A stretch of DNA of 64,000 nt from Candidatus Saccharimonadales bacterium (GTDB lineage: Bacteria > Patescibacteriota > Saccharimonadia > Saccharimonadales > DATKHC01): the NCBI GenBank assembly GCA_038317055.1, contig JBBQBA010000001.1:216153-280152 (forward strand), given 5' to 3'. Shown piece by piece: positions 28,339-36,571 of this stretch (position 1 is the stretch's first letter; each line of letters begins with the position of its first letter). The notes beneath the pieces were generated by a model that had not been told where the DNA came from, searched no databases, and saw only the letters and a program-made list of their open reading frames with translations. The translations under genes were made by a program, and so were the position numbers.

Positions 28339-28871
28339 ATTGTCTCACTTACTTCATTATCAACTAACCTAAATTCCTCTAAGTTAAATAGATAATCAAT
28401 CGGGAATGGAAATCGTGAAGTATCTCCTCTATTGACGACAACAAAACAATCTATAATTTCTGCACCTCTTAATTCGACTAATCTAGAAACCCTAAGTAGA
28501 CTCTTGCCGGATGAAAAAACGTCCTCAACAGCAGTTATTTTGTCTTCAGAGCCTGGCACATATCCATCAATTATAGTATTTCTTCCATGATCGTTTATTT
28601 CTTTTCGAACTGATGTCAGCGGTAAACCACTTAGCGATGATAGCTCGGTACCTAGTGGATTAGATCCTCCAGTATCAGCCGCTATAGCAGTAGTTCTGTC
28701 ATCTAACCTACCGAGAATAACCTCAGCGATATGTCTTCTAATTTTAGGGTAACCAAGTACTTTTTTTACATCCGCATAAATACCAGACTCCTCACCTGCT
28801 GATAGTTTAAATACACCCGGTACAATAATGTCCGCTTCTTGTATTTCTTCTCTCAAAAGCTCAATACTCAT
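28335..28871 (-). CDS. type I phosphoribosyltransferase (orotate PRT-like)
   Basis: FKLSAGEESGIYADVK (OPRT-like N-terminus) and the PRPP loop ITAVEDVFSSGKS. It ends in TGA, overlapping the SDR start. Confidence 0.75.
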   Translation of the reverse strand: MSIELLREEIQEADIIVPGVFKLSAGEESGIYADVKKVLGYPKIRRHIAEVILGRLDDRTTAIAADTGGSNPLGTELSSLSGLPLTSVRKEINDHGRNTIIDGYVPGSEDKITAVEDVFSSGKSLLRVSRLVELRGAEIIDCFVVVNRGDTSRFPFPIDYLFNLEEFRLVDNEVSETI

Positions 28872-29048
28872 ATCCGTACCATTATGCGGTAAATAGCTTG
28901 AAATAAAAATAGGCTGATTGTTAGTTTAAATATTAATTCGTACTGATTAACTTATACACAAGCAACTGCACGATAACTTGACGAAATGCTTATTTTTATA
29001 TATACATAGACTCATAACTCTTCAAAACAAAAGACCATAGGTAATATA

Positions 29049-30134
29049 ATGCGTATAAACAAACTAAAAAACAACATAAATGGTTTCGGACATCATATAA
29101 TTCTGCCAATAATCGTAATTGCAGTTCTTGCTTTTGCAGGAGTTAGGGTATGGATGTATAGTCATGCAGCTAACAATTCTGTATGTCAGGCAGACCCAAG
29201 TGCAGTAATTGCAGCTCTACCTTCAGGTGCAATCTGGAATGGTCATCACAAGTGTTATCTCGTAAGCCAACAAGGAATTGCAGTTCAAAAACCACTAACA
29301 CTCGAAAATGCTACTTTTTTTGACCAGACAGTGCTTGTAAAAAATGCGCCAAATTCTGATTCTGTTAGACCTATAATTCATGTAGCCAATGTAAGTAATG
29401 TAAACTTGCGAAACCTAACACTTAAAGGTACGAACACAGTTGGAGGTTATCACGGGCTACCCTGGGTTGGTGAAGAAGGCATAAAACTAAATTCATCTCA
29501 TAATGTGAACATAACCCACGTTACTACTGTAAATACTTTTGGCGACGGGTTACTCATCGATCAAGCAGGTGGACGTGCAGGCAATTCAACAAATATCTAC
29601 GTTAATCATTTAGTAGTTAAAAATGCAGGACGACAAGGTGTTACGGTTGGTTATGCTTCAAATTCTACTTTGAGCAATGTAAATATTATTTCCAGTGCCG
29701 ACACAGGGTGGGATTTTGAAAGTGATACCGGCGGTGGTTCAGGTAATGTAACGATTAATAATGCTCAAGGTAAGGGTGTACATTTAATTGAAGCTCTGAA
29801 TGGTCCTATCACCTTTAATAATAGTAATTTTATCGGACATATAGTACTTGAATATTCTGCAGCAACCTCTGGACAACCCGTAACATTTAACGGTGGTACT
29901 GTTGATTTGCCTTCTTCTGACCCAGGAGTTACATACGCAGGAATTCTAGTTAAGGGACCGGGCAATTTGACTTTCAATAATGTTAAGTTTACTCAAGCAC
30001 TAAAACCAAACGGTAAGCCAGCGACTGATCCAGGATGGTCAGCAGTTGGTGGCGCACATTTAATGTTTATTAATTCTCCTGTTGTAGGCCCAACTGGATC
30101 AAATGATAGTTCTTCTAGAGTTACTATAAAATAA
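29049..30134 (+). CDS. exported right-handed parallel beta-helix protein
   Basis: Leader MRINKLKNNINGFGHHIILPIIVIAVLAFAGVRVWMYSHA. Repeated turns of the type NVxIxNxxxxN/G (NVNLRNLTLKG, NVNITHVTTVN, NIYVNHLVVKN, NVNIISSAD). Confidence 0.7.
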   Translation: MRINKLKNNINGFGHHIILPIIVIAVLAFAGVRVWMYSHAANNSVCQADPSAVIAALPSGAIWNGHHKCYLVSQQGIAVQKPLTLENATFFDQTVLVKNAPNSDSVRPIIHVANVSNVNLRNLTLKGTNTVGGYHGLPWVGEEGIKLNSSHNVNITHVTTVNTFGDGLLIDQAGGRAGNSTNIYVNHLVVKNAGRQGVTVGYASNSTLSNVNIISSADTGWDFESDTGGGSGNVTINNAQGKGVHLIEALNGPITFNNSNFIGHIVLEYSAATSGQPVTFNGGTVDLPSSDPGVTYAGILVKGPGNLTFNNVKFTQALKPNGKPATDPGWSAVGGAHLMFINSPVVGPTGSNDSSSRVTIK

Positions 30135-30158
30135 TTTATTAAATTACGAATTTTAACT

Positions 30159-30186
30159 ATATCTAAGTTTGACATATATCTAAGTT
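30159..30186. promoter_or_regulatory. direct repeat ATATCTAAGTT x2 flanking TTGACA, upstream of the PadR gene (candidate operator/promoter)
   Basis: Copies at 30159-30169 and 30176-30186. TTGACA at 30169-30174. Confidence 0.3.
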
Positions 30187-30192
30187 AGATAT

Positions 30193-30546
30193 ATGCTGAG
30201 ACTTATGAAAAAACAATATAATCAACTTCCCCAAGTAGCATTCAGTATTTTATTAGCACTTAGTCTTAAAGAAAGACATGGTTATGAAATTATTAAACAG
30301 GTTGGAACTGATAGTAATGGAAAAATTCACTTAAGCCCTGGGGCACTTTATACCAGTATTAAGCAATTACTTGAACAGAAATTAGTTCAAGAAGTTAAAC
30401 TGCAAGAAGATACGCTTCGCCGTTATTATAGACTCTCTGATAAGGGTAAGGCAGTACTAACGGAAGAATTAGACTATTATCAAAATACTATTACACTAGC
30501 TCGTGAACGTCAGATTTTGGAGATACAATATGGGGTTTATTGCTAA
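30193..30546 (+). CDS. PadR family transcriptional regulator
   Basis: ILLALSLKERHGYEIIKQV...LSPGALYTSIKQLLEQKLV...YYRLSDKGK. The start may be ATG 30205. Confidence 0.85.
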   Translation: MLRLMKKQYNQLPQVAFSILLALSLKERHGYEIIKQVGTDSNGKIHLSPGALYTSIKQLLEQKLVQEVKLQEDTLRRYYRLSDKGKAVLTEELDYYQNTITLARERQILEIQYGVYC

Positions 30547-31153
30547 ATCGCACCGTCAACTTGTCTATGGATCGCTGCTTAGACTTTACCCTCAATCATT
30601 TCAGAAGAAATATAGTAAAACTATGCAGCAGACTTTTAATGACATGCTTGATGACGAAAAGACAGGATTTGGAAGATCAATAATTTGGTCCAGGGCATTA
30701 ATTGATTTGCCTCTCACGGCAAGCAAAGAACATATATCAAACGGAAAGGATTTTAATATGAACCGTAACATTAAATTAATAATCGCTGCAACAATAATTG
30801 CGTTTGTAGTAGTTGGGCTGGGCTCATTTTGGGAAGGTAATTTACGCGCTAAATCTAATATTGGAATAGAAAGAGTAACTACAGTTCAGCTCGCAGATGC
30901 AATGCAACAAGACGATTTTTATAATACATATGGGGATACAGTCGTTTTATTTACTGGTAATGTCGCAAGTACTAAGACTAAAGGTAATGTATCTCTAGTA
31001 ACATTTGATACAGGCCATTCCTATAATGTAGTGTGTCAGTTCTCTAAAACTAATTCACTATCAATTGGGCAAAGTGTATCTGTAGCAGCACCTGCTGGTA
31101 GTGCTGAGCGTGAATCCAATGGAGTACTTCTACATAATTGTATACAAAACTAA
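30530..31153 (+). CDS. membrane-anchored protein downstream of PadR
   Basis: The ORF overlaps the PadR end. One TM (LIIAATIIAFVVVGLGSF). The ATG at 30530 is preferred over the GTG at 30503. Confidence 0.55.
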   Translation: MGFIAKSHRQLVYGSLLRLYPQSFQKKYSKTMQQTFNDMLDDEKTGFGRSIIWSRALIDLPLTASKEHISNGKDFNMNRNIKLIIAATIIAFVVVGLGSFWEGNLRAKSNIGIERVTTVQLADAMQQDDFYNTYGDTVVLFTGNVASTKTKGNVSLVTFDTGHSYNVVCQFSKTNSLSIGQSVSVAAPAGSAERESNGVLLHNCIQN

Positions 31154-31215
31154 AGATTGATTTAAAAACCTAAAAATGGCTTATGATTGGAAGGCTATCG
31201 TCTTGTCTATCTATA

Positions 31216-31599
31216 CTATTTAGGCCGAACATCTTTGTTGATTTCTTGTAATGCCCAACTATTACCATCAGGATCTGCGAAGTAAGCATACTTCACTCCC
31301 CCCATATTGTTAACCTCACTTATCTCTAAGCCTTTTTTATTAAGTTCGTTTCGGACTAACTCTATATCTTCAACAACTAAGTGTGTATTTTTCACAGAGC
31401 CTGGGGCAGCTAATTCTCCCATACCTTTGCCAAATACGATAGAGCATCCAGATCCTGGTGGAGTTAGTTGAGCTATTCGCATACCATTACCGGGTTTTAT
31501 GTCATGGTCTAAATTAAAACCAACTTTGTTCTTGTAAAAAACTATGCTCTTATCAACGTCCGTAACGGGCAAAATCACTACTTCTAACTTCATGTCCAT
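31216..31599 (-). CDS. glyoxalase/VOC family protein
   Basis: MKLEVVILPVTDVDKSIVFYKNKVGF...YAYFADPDGNSWALQE. The track ORF extends to 31656, but the family length suggests a start near 31599. Confidence 0.8.
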   Translation of the reverse strand: MDMKLEVVILPVTDVDKSIVFYKNKVGFNLDHDIKPGNGMRIAQLTPPGSGCSIVFGKGMGELAAPGSVKNTHLVVEDIELVRNELNKKGLEISEVNNMGGVKYAYFADPDGNSWALQEINKDVRPK

Positions 31600-31676
31600 A
31601 AAATGAATTATATCAAAAACGATCGTGATGGCTATAGTCGTGGCCATAGTAACCACTAGAGTACTTTAGCGAAAAT

Positions 31677-32171
31677 TTATAGCTCCTTTTGGTTGCTTGG
31701 TCGACGCTTTTGCCATTGAACCTTGACATGGCCAGCGATCAGATACGCCACATAAGTTGCGGCTATAGATATTATGACTGACGCCACAATATCTATCGGG
31801 TGATGTACTAATGCCAAAATCCTCCCTAGTCCAACGAGTATCGCCCCAACGAATAACACGACACCAAGTCGTCGGTTATAGATAAAGACAATGCAAGCCG
31901 TCAGGCTGGCTAAAAGCATGTGTGATGAAGGGAAACCATTGTCTGCGCCATGAGGTACGAGCGGTGCTTTACCTAGTTCCACAAATGGACGGGGATTATT
32001 ATAGAGTAAACCACCAATTTGGGCTAAAACAAGCGCTAAAAGACCGGCTAGGATAGCTATTAGAAAGTAGCGAGGCCACTCACGTCGGGGAACTTTTAAG
32101 AATGAGACTACGGCCACAATAAGTATAATAAAGATTAAGTACTTTGCGAGAAATATGACGAGGTTGTCCAC
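31677..32171 (-). CDS. PAP2-family phosphatase (undecaprenyl-diphosphatase-like)
   Basis: PAP2 motifs NNPRPF, PSSHM and LVHHPIDI in a polytopic protein. Confidence 0.8.
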   Translation of the reverse strand: MDNLVIFLAKYLIFIILIVAVVSFLKVPRREWPRYFLIAILAGLLALVLAQIGGLLYNNPRPFVELGKAPLVPHGADNGFPSSHMLLASLTACIVFIYNRRLGVVLFVGAILVGLGRILALVHHPIDIVASVIISIAATYVAYLIAGHVKVQWQKRRPSNQKEL

Positions 32172-32194
32172 TAGTCTATTCTATACTAAAACAA

Positions 32195-32216
32195 AAAGAC
32201 TTCTGAAGAAGTCTTT
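32195..32216. terminator. perfect 9-bp hairpin AAAGACTTC-TGAA-GAAGTCTTT (bidirectional)
   Basis: Read directly. It shares arm sequence with the hairpin at 4273-4290. Confidence 0.5.
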
Positions 32217-32228
32217 GACTAAGTCTAT

Positions 32229-32266
32229 TTTGGAGGGCCTTAGTGGAAAGTATTGTAACTATAATT
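32229..32266 (-). repeat. decayed copy C of the tRNA-Lys 3' end
   Basis: TTGGAGGGCCTTAGTGGAAAGTATTGTAACTATAATT matches 32609-32646 at about 36/41 positions. TGGAGGGCC equals the tRNA-Lys 3' terminus. Confidence 0.6.
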
Positions 32267-32534
32267 CAGGTCCAACGTAGCGAAATCGTGGAACTGTCTG
32301 TCCGTTGAATTCAACATTTTCTATAAACATATCAAGAGGGCGCACTTGAAGCCGCAAACCTGTATGCTCTGGGATTACATAAAGCGGTATATAGACAGCT
32401 AAAATTTCTTCGGTTTCTGTATGTCTTGCAAATCCTAGTACTTGATAATATCGTCTATCTTCAAGTGTACTTTTATAATGCTCATAAACACCCGTATTTG
32501 GGTACTGTCGTTCAGATTGTTTATCATTTTCCAT
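32259..32534 (-). CDS. DUF1653-like small protein
   Basis: YEHYKS...YYQVLGFARHTETEEILAVYIPLY pattern. Confidence 0.7.
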   Translation of the reverse strand: MENDKQSERQYPNTGVYEHYKSTLEDRRYYQVLGFARHTETEEILAVYIPLYVIPEHTGLRLQVRPLDMFIENVEFNGQTVPRFRYVGPEL

Positions 32535-32565
32535 TATGGAGATTATAGCAATAAAACCGAAATGC

Positions 32566-32646
32566 GGCTCTTGGTTCTATTATTCCTACTGGGCCATCTG
32601 TTGACCGAAGTTGGAGGGCCTTAGTGAAAACTATTGCAACTAAATT
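32566..32646 (-). repeat. copy B: duplicate of the tRNA-Lys 3' end plus ~45 nt of its downstream flank
   Basis: GGCTCTTGGTTCTATTATTCCTACTGGGCCATCTGTTGACCGAAGTTGGAGGGCC aligns to 33132-33189 with only a few mismatches. Confidence 0.7.
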
Positions 32647-33100
32647 ACTGAGTGCCCAGCCTTTTGTCGAGCAATTTATTGAAGAATGAACTTCTATATT
32701 TAATTAAATAAAAAATGAAGTATGCAGAAGCAATGAAATTGACGTACCCAATAAAGAAAACAATAAACAAAAGTCCGTTATCTGGGCGTAACACATGAAG
32801 CAATATGCCATGACCAGTCGTTGCTTGAACTATTTGTGTCTGCAAGTAAAACAAGAACTCAATTATTAAAAATGTGAGCATAAGATAATACCCAGTTTTT
32901 TTACCATTTTTTAGCAAGATATATGCCGAAATAAACCATACAAAAACTAAGGACAAGAGTGTAAGACCTATCAGGCTAGGTGCTATATGACGACTAATAT
33001 AATATTGATGAAAATAATAAGGTATTTGGGCGATAAAGTTACTTATAACTGTCCAAAATAGTATCTTGAAGAATAATTCGCTGTTAACTTTTAGCTCCAT
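32645..33100 (-). CDS. polytopic membrane protein, function unknown
   Basis: 151-aa ORF with 4 predicted TM segments, lying between repeat copies A and B. Confidence 0.6.
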   Translation of the reverse strand: MELKVNSELFFKILFWTVISNFIAQIPYYFHQYYISRHIAPSLIGLTLLSLVFVWFISAYILLKNGKKTGYYLMLTFLIIEFLFYLQTQIVQATTGHGILLHVLRPDNGLLFIVFFIGYVNFIASAYFIFYLIKYRSSFFNKLLDKRLGTQ

Positions 33101-33114
33101 GCTTTAAATATAGC

Positions 33115-33136
33115 AAAAAAGAGCCATTGCCGGCTC
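33115..33136 (-). terminator. Rho-independent terminator after tRNA-Lys
   Basis: On the minus strand: GAGCC-GGCAAT-GGCTC followed by TTTTTT. Confidence 0.55.
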
Positions 33137-33179
33137 TTTGGTTCTACTTTTCCTACTAGGGTCATCTGTTGACCGAAAT

Positions 33180-33256
33180 TGGAGGGCCCAGTGAGACTTG
33201 AACTCACGACACCCTGCTTAAAAGGCAGGTGCTCTAACCAGCTGAGCTATGGGCCC
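33180..33256 (-). tRNA. tRNA-Lys (TTT), CCA encoded
   Basis: Hand fold: acceptor GGGCCCA/TGGGCCC, anticodon loop CTTTTAA, T arm GTGAG-TTCAAGT-CTCAC. Confidence 0.93.
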
Positions 33257-33321
33257 GAAAAATAACTAATAAAAGAAGTTACGCTCATAAGATTATCTCT
33301 GTTTTGTATAAATTGTCAATT

Positions 33322-33831
33322 TTAAATTTTACCCTTATGGTGTTTTTTGGGTGTATGTTTAGCATAAGTACTCATGATTAAGAAAAACAGTGATACAGCA
33401 ATACATAACGCAACTACTGCGATTTGATATTTCACAAGCAGTGTCCAAAACTTATTATGTGTAAGACTTGCCTGAAGTGATGCCGTTAATAAAGGGGTAA
33501 CAAATAGTATCCCAAGTATGCCTGTAGCAAGTGCGGGAAAAATTTGTATTGGCCATTTTGATGGACCATTATTGTGCTTTGCAAGTGCCGCTACCAAAAT
33601 AGGAGGAGCAAAAAGTAATCCAATTAAAATCGAGGGCTTAGCAACAACATAATTGTGCGGCATTAGATGGTTATTTATATGACCATTAACGTAAGCAAAG
33701 TTTCTACTAGCAAATAGCACTAATGTATTTCCGGCACATAATGCAAAAAATACTAAAATTGCATTAGACCTGATAGTTAAAAGTAAGGCCGCAACTGCAG
33801 CGACAATTATCAATAGTATAATATCTGCCAT
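33322..33831 (-). CDS. polytopic membrane protein, function unknown
   Basis: 169-aa ORF with 5 hydrophobic segments and a basic C-terminus. Confidence 0.6.
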   Translation of the reverse strand: MADIILLIIVAAVAALLLTIRSNAILVFFALCAGNTLVLFASRNFAYVNGHINNHLMPHNYVVAKPSILIGLLFAPPILVAALAKHNNGPSKWPIQIFPALATGILGILFVTPLLTASLQASLTHNKFWTLLVKYQIAVVALCIAVSLFFLIMSTYAKHTPKKHHKGKI

Positions 33832-33893
33832 GCGCTAATAATAGCATAAGCTATTTAATTTTTACCCTTGTTAGCACCTAGTTCTAGCTCTAG

Positions 33894-34799
33894 TTATGCA
33901 CCAACTCGGTCACGTCGTCTTTTGCCTTTAGCATTCTGTTCAATGTAATCTATGATTTGCGTTGCAACATCATGACCAGTTACAGTTTCAATACCTTGAA
34001 GCCCGGGACTTGAGTTAACTTCGAGTACTAGTGGTCCTCGATCTGATCTAAGCATATCAACACCACAGATCGGAAGATTCATTGCTTTAGCTGCTTTAAT
34101 TGCTGTTTTTCGTTCCAGGTCAGTAAGTTTGATTGCCTTGCCTTCACCACCTTGGTGTATATTTGAACGAAAATCATCATCTAGGCTTTGTCTTTTCATG
34201 CTGGCAATCACTTTTCCGCCAACCACAATAGCTCGAATATCAGTACCAGCACTCTCAGCGATATATTCCTGAGCCAAGAATGACACCCCTTCTACGTAGA
34301 AAGCCTGCATAACAGCCTTGGCTGCTTTTCTAGTCTCTGCAAGTACCACACCATTGCCGTGTGTGCCTCTAGCAACCTTTATAATTAAAGGTATACCACC
34401 AGCTTGATCAATAACTTCTTCTACTTGATTAGTTTCTCTTGAAATAACCGTTTTAGGAATTCCTACACCAGCTCTAGCTAGAATTTGCATGGAACGCAGT
34501 TTGTCGCGTGATCTATTTATAGCAATCGAATTAGCTGTTGTGAAAACACCTCTCATTTCGAATTGTCGACAAACAGAAGTACCATATTTAGTAATACTGG
34601 CAGCAATTCTCGGAATAATAACGTCTATATCATTAACTTCTTCACCTTCATAACTAACAACTGGTTGGTTGCTTTGGATAGTCATGTAACATTTGGCATA
34701 GTTAATAACAACAACTTCATGTCCACGAGTTTCAGCGACTTCTTTTAGTCGTCTAGTAGAATAGTTACCTGGCCCCTTAGATAAAATCGCTATTTTCAT
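33894..34799 (-). CDS. rimK: ATP-grasp ribosomal protein S6 glutamate ligase RimK
   Basis: Colinear with E. coli RimK: MKIAILS, VIPRI, RQFEMRG, RDKLRSMQILARAGVGIP. Confidence 0.9.
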   Translation of the reverse strand: MKIAILSKGPGNYSTRRLKEVAETRGHEVVVINYAKCYMTIQSNQPVVSYEGEEVNDIDVIIPRIAASITKYGTSVCRQFEMRGVFTTANSIAINRSRDKLRSMQILARAGVGIPKTVISRETNQVEEVIDQAGGIPLIIKVARGTHGNGVVLAETRKAAKAVMQAFYVEGVSFLAQEYIAESAGTDIRAIVVGGKVIASMKRQSLDDDFRSNIHQGGEGKAIKLTDLERKTAIKAAKAMNLPICGVDMLRSDRGPLVLEVNSSPGLQGIETVTGHDVATQIIDYIEQNAKGKRRRDRVGA

Positions 34800-35233
34800 A
34801 TTTGATTCCTTACTTTTCCTCTAACAGTCTTATCAAATTCTTTGTTTACGTCTAATAAGAATTTATTTTCTTTCATAAATTTTCTGCCTATAATTACTGG
34901 CCATTTCATCTGACTTCTATCAGCTAAACTTAAAGATATTTCGTAAGTTTCGCCCTGAATAGTCACAGAAGTCTTAATAAAATATCTTCGTTCAGAATTT
35001 CCATTTGAGCTTTTAACATAATCTCGCCAAAAATCTTTAGTAGTAATTTTAATATCAGGATAATCAAAAGGTGAGAAATGAATTACAGGTCCATCTTCAG
35101 TCTCTTCTCTAGTAATTTTTGTACAATGCAAAGCACCAGTGAACGCACCACTGTCTATTTTTGCTTTAACTTTCTGAATATTGAACTGAGGAAAATCTAT
35201 TTTCTCCAGAACACCTAAGATTTTCACTTCCAT
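34796..35233 (-). CDS. RimK-associated retropepsin-like protease (ATP-dependent zinc protease family)
   Basis: KAKIDSGAFTGALH aspartic-type motif. ATGA overlap with the rimK start. The ATG at 35233 is preferred over the track start at 35251. Confidence 0.75.
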   Translation of the reverse strand: MEVKILGVLEKIDFPQFNIQKVKAKIDSGAFTGALHCTKITREETEDGPVIHFSPFDYPDIKITTKDFWRDYVKSSNGNSERRYFIKTSVTIQGETYEISLSLADRSQMKWPVIIGRKFMKENKFLLDVNKEFDKTVRGKVRNQI

Positions 35234-35272
35234 AGCTAATTTATAACACAATTATATGTTTTTGTCCATGAT

Positions 35273-35389
35273 TTAATGGTGTGCATGAGATACTCTTATG
35301 TAAGCAAAAATTACTGCAGCGGCTATTATTAGTATCATTACAATAATTAGGGGTATGAAGCCGCTTTCGTTATTTTTTATATTTCGCAT
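35273..35389 (-). CDS. 38-codon leader-only ORF (not in the ORF track)
   Basis: Own translation: MRNIKNNESGFIPLIIVMILIIAAAVIFAYIRVSHAHH. It has the same N-terminal architecture as the leaders at 25919, 26453 and 29049. Confidence 0.35.
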   Translation of the reverse strand: MRNIKNNESGFIPLIIVMILIIAAAVIFAYIRVSHAHH

Positions 35390-35457
35390 AATCACTACCA
35401 TTATATGCATAATCACAATCTATCAAAATAGTGTAGAGTTAAATTGGAGGATAGATC

Positions 35458-36234
35458 ATGTTACATCAATATTTAATTGTAGCTTCTATAACACTAATTG
35501 CTTTTACGCTGCTCTATTTTATCGCCCTAATTATTAAAAATAACAGCATCGTAGATTCCTTCTGGGGAATTGGATTTATTATTACTACTATATCTTCGGT
35601 CGGAGTATCGTATTATTCAGGATTTCCTCAACTATTGATAACAACATTAGTACTACTTTGGGGATCTAGGCTTAGTATAAGAATCTATCTTCGTAATAGG
35701 AATAGGCCTGAGGATTGGCGTTATGCAAAGTGGCGGCAAGATTGGGGTAAAAACGTAATAATCCGTAGTTATACTGATGTTTTTTTACTTCAAGGAATAC
35801 TATGTTTAGTAATCTGCATTCCCGTAATATTTGTGAATATTAATGCAATTGCAGTTAGATATTCAGCAATATTAGTACTAGGGTTAATAGTTTGGCTAGT
35901 AGGTTTTATGTTTGAATCAGTTGGAGATAACCAATTAGATGAATTTATTAAATCGAAACCTTCAAAAGGAAGTGTTCTTGACACTGGTTTATGGAAATAT
36001 ACAAGACACCCTAATTATTTTGGTGAAGCAACTCAATGGTGGGGTATAGGTATAATTGCGCTGTCTTTTATTCCATTAAACTGGGTAGTATTAATCGGAC
36101 CTTTTACTATTACTTTCTTACTAGTAAAAGTATCTGGTGTACCACTACTAGAGAGAAAAATGAGTAAGAATCCTAAATATAAAGATTATATGAAGAAAAC
36201 TAATAAGTTTATTCCTGGTCCTCAGAAGCTATAA
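35458..36234 (+). CDS. DUF1295 / steroid 5-alpha-reductase-like membrane protein
   Basis: Polytopic protein with LWKYTRHPNYFGEATQWWG. Confidence 0.8.
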   Translation: MLHQYLIVASITLIAFTLLYFIALIIKNNSIVDSFWGIGFIITTISSVGVSYYSGFPQLLITTLVLLWGSRLSIRIYLRNRNRPEDWRYAKWRQDWGKNVIIRSYTDVFLLQGILCLVICIPVIFVNINAIAVRYSAILVLGLIVWLVGFMFESVGDNQLDEFIKSKPSKGSVLDTGLWKYTRHPNYFGEATQWWGIGIIALSFIPLNWVVLIGPFTITFLLVKVSGVPLLERKMSKNPKYKDYMKKTNKFIPGPQKL

Positions 36235-36562
36235 AGTCTGTTTTAAATTCACCAACATAATTTATTGGAAATCCTACTTCCCTGGATGGCGCCATAATAA
36301 AATCAGCTTCTTCTTCAATTAATTGATCTCTAGATATTTTTAATAATCTGGTAGCTTCGTCATATTCTGCTTGATCAATCGTTCCATCAGCTAATGCAAA
36401 ATCAAGGTAGTCACTTCTTCCCTTCAAATCATCAAACATTACGTCATATCTAAAACCATCATCAATATCTGGTTCATTAGGATCCTCTTCCCATACAGAA
36501 TAATAACTCCTAATAGGTTCACTTTCTTGGGTGCTTCTTGTTTCGTGATGTTGAGTAGCCAT
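36209..36562 (-). CDS. acidic hypothetical protein (117 aa)
   Basis: ORF 9 nt downstream of the GGDEF gene on the same strand. It is Asp/Glu-rich with no motif recognised. Confidence 0.55.
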   Translation of the reverse strand: MATQHHETRSTQESEPIRSYYSVWEEDPNEPDIDDGFRYDVMFDDLKGRSDYLDFALADGTIDQAEYDEATRLLKISRDQLIEEEADFIMAPSREVGFPINYVGEFKTDFIASEDQE

Positions 36563-36571
36563 ATTCTTATT

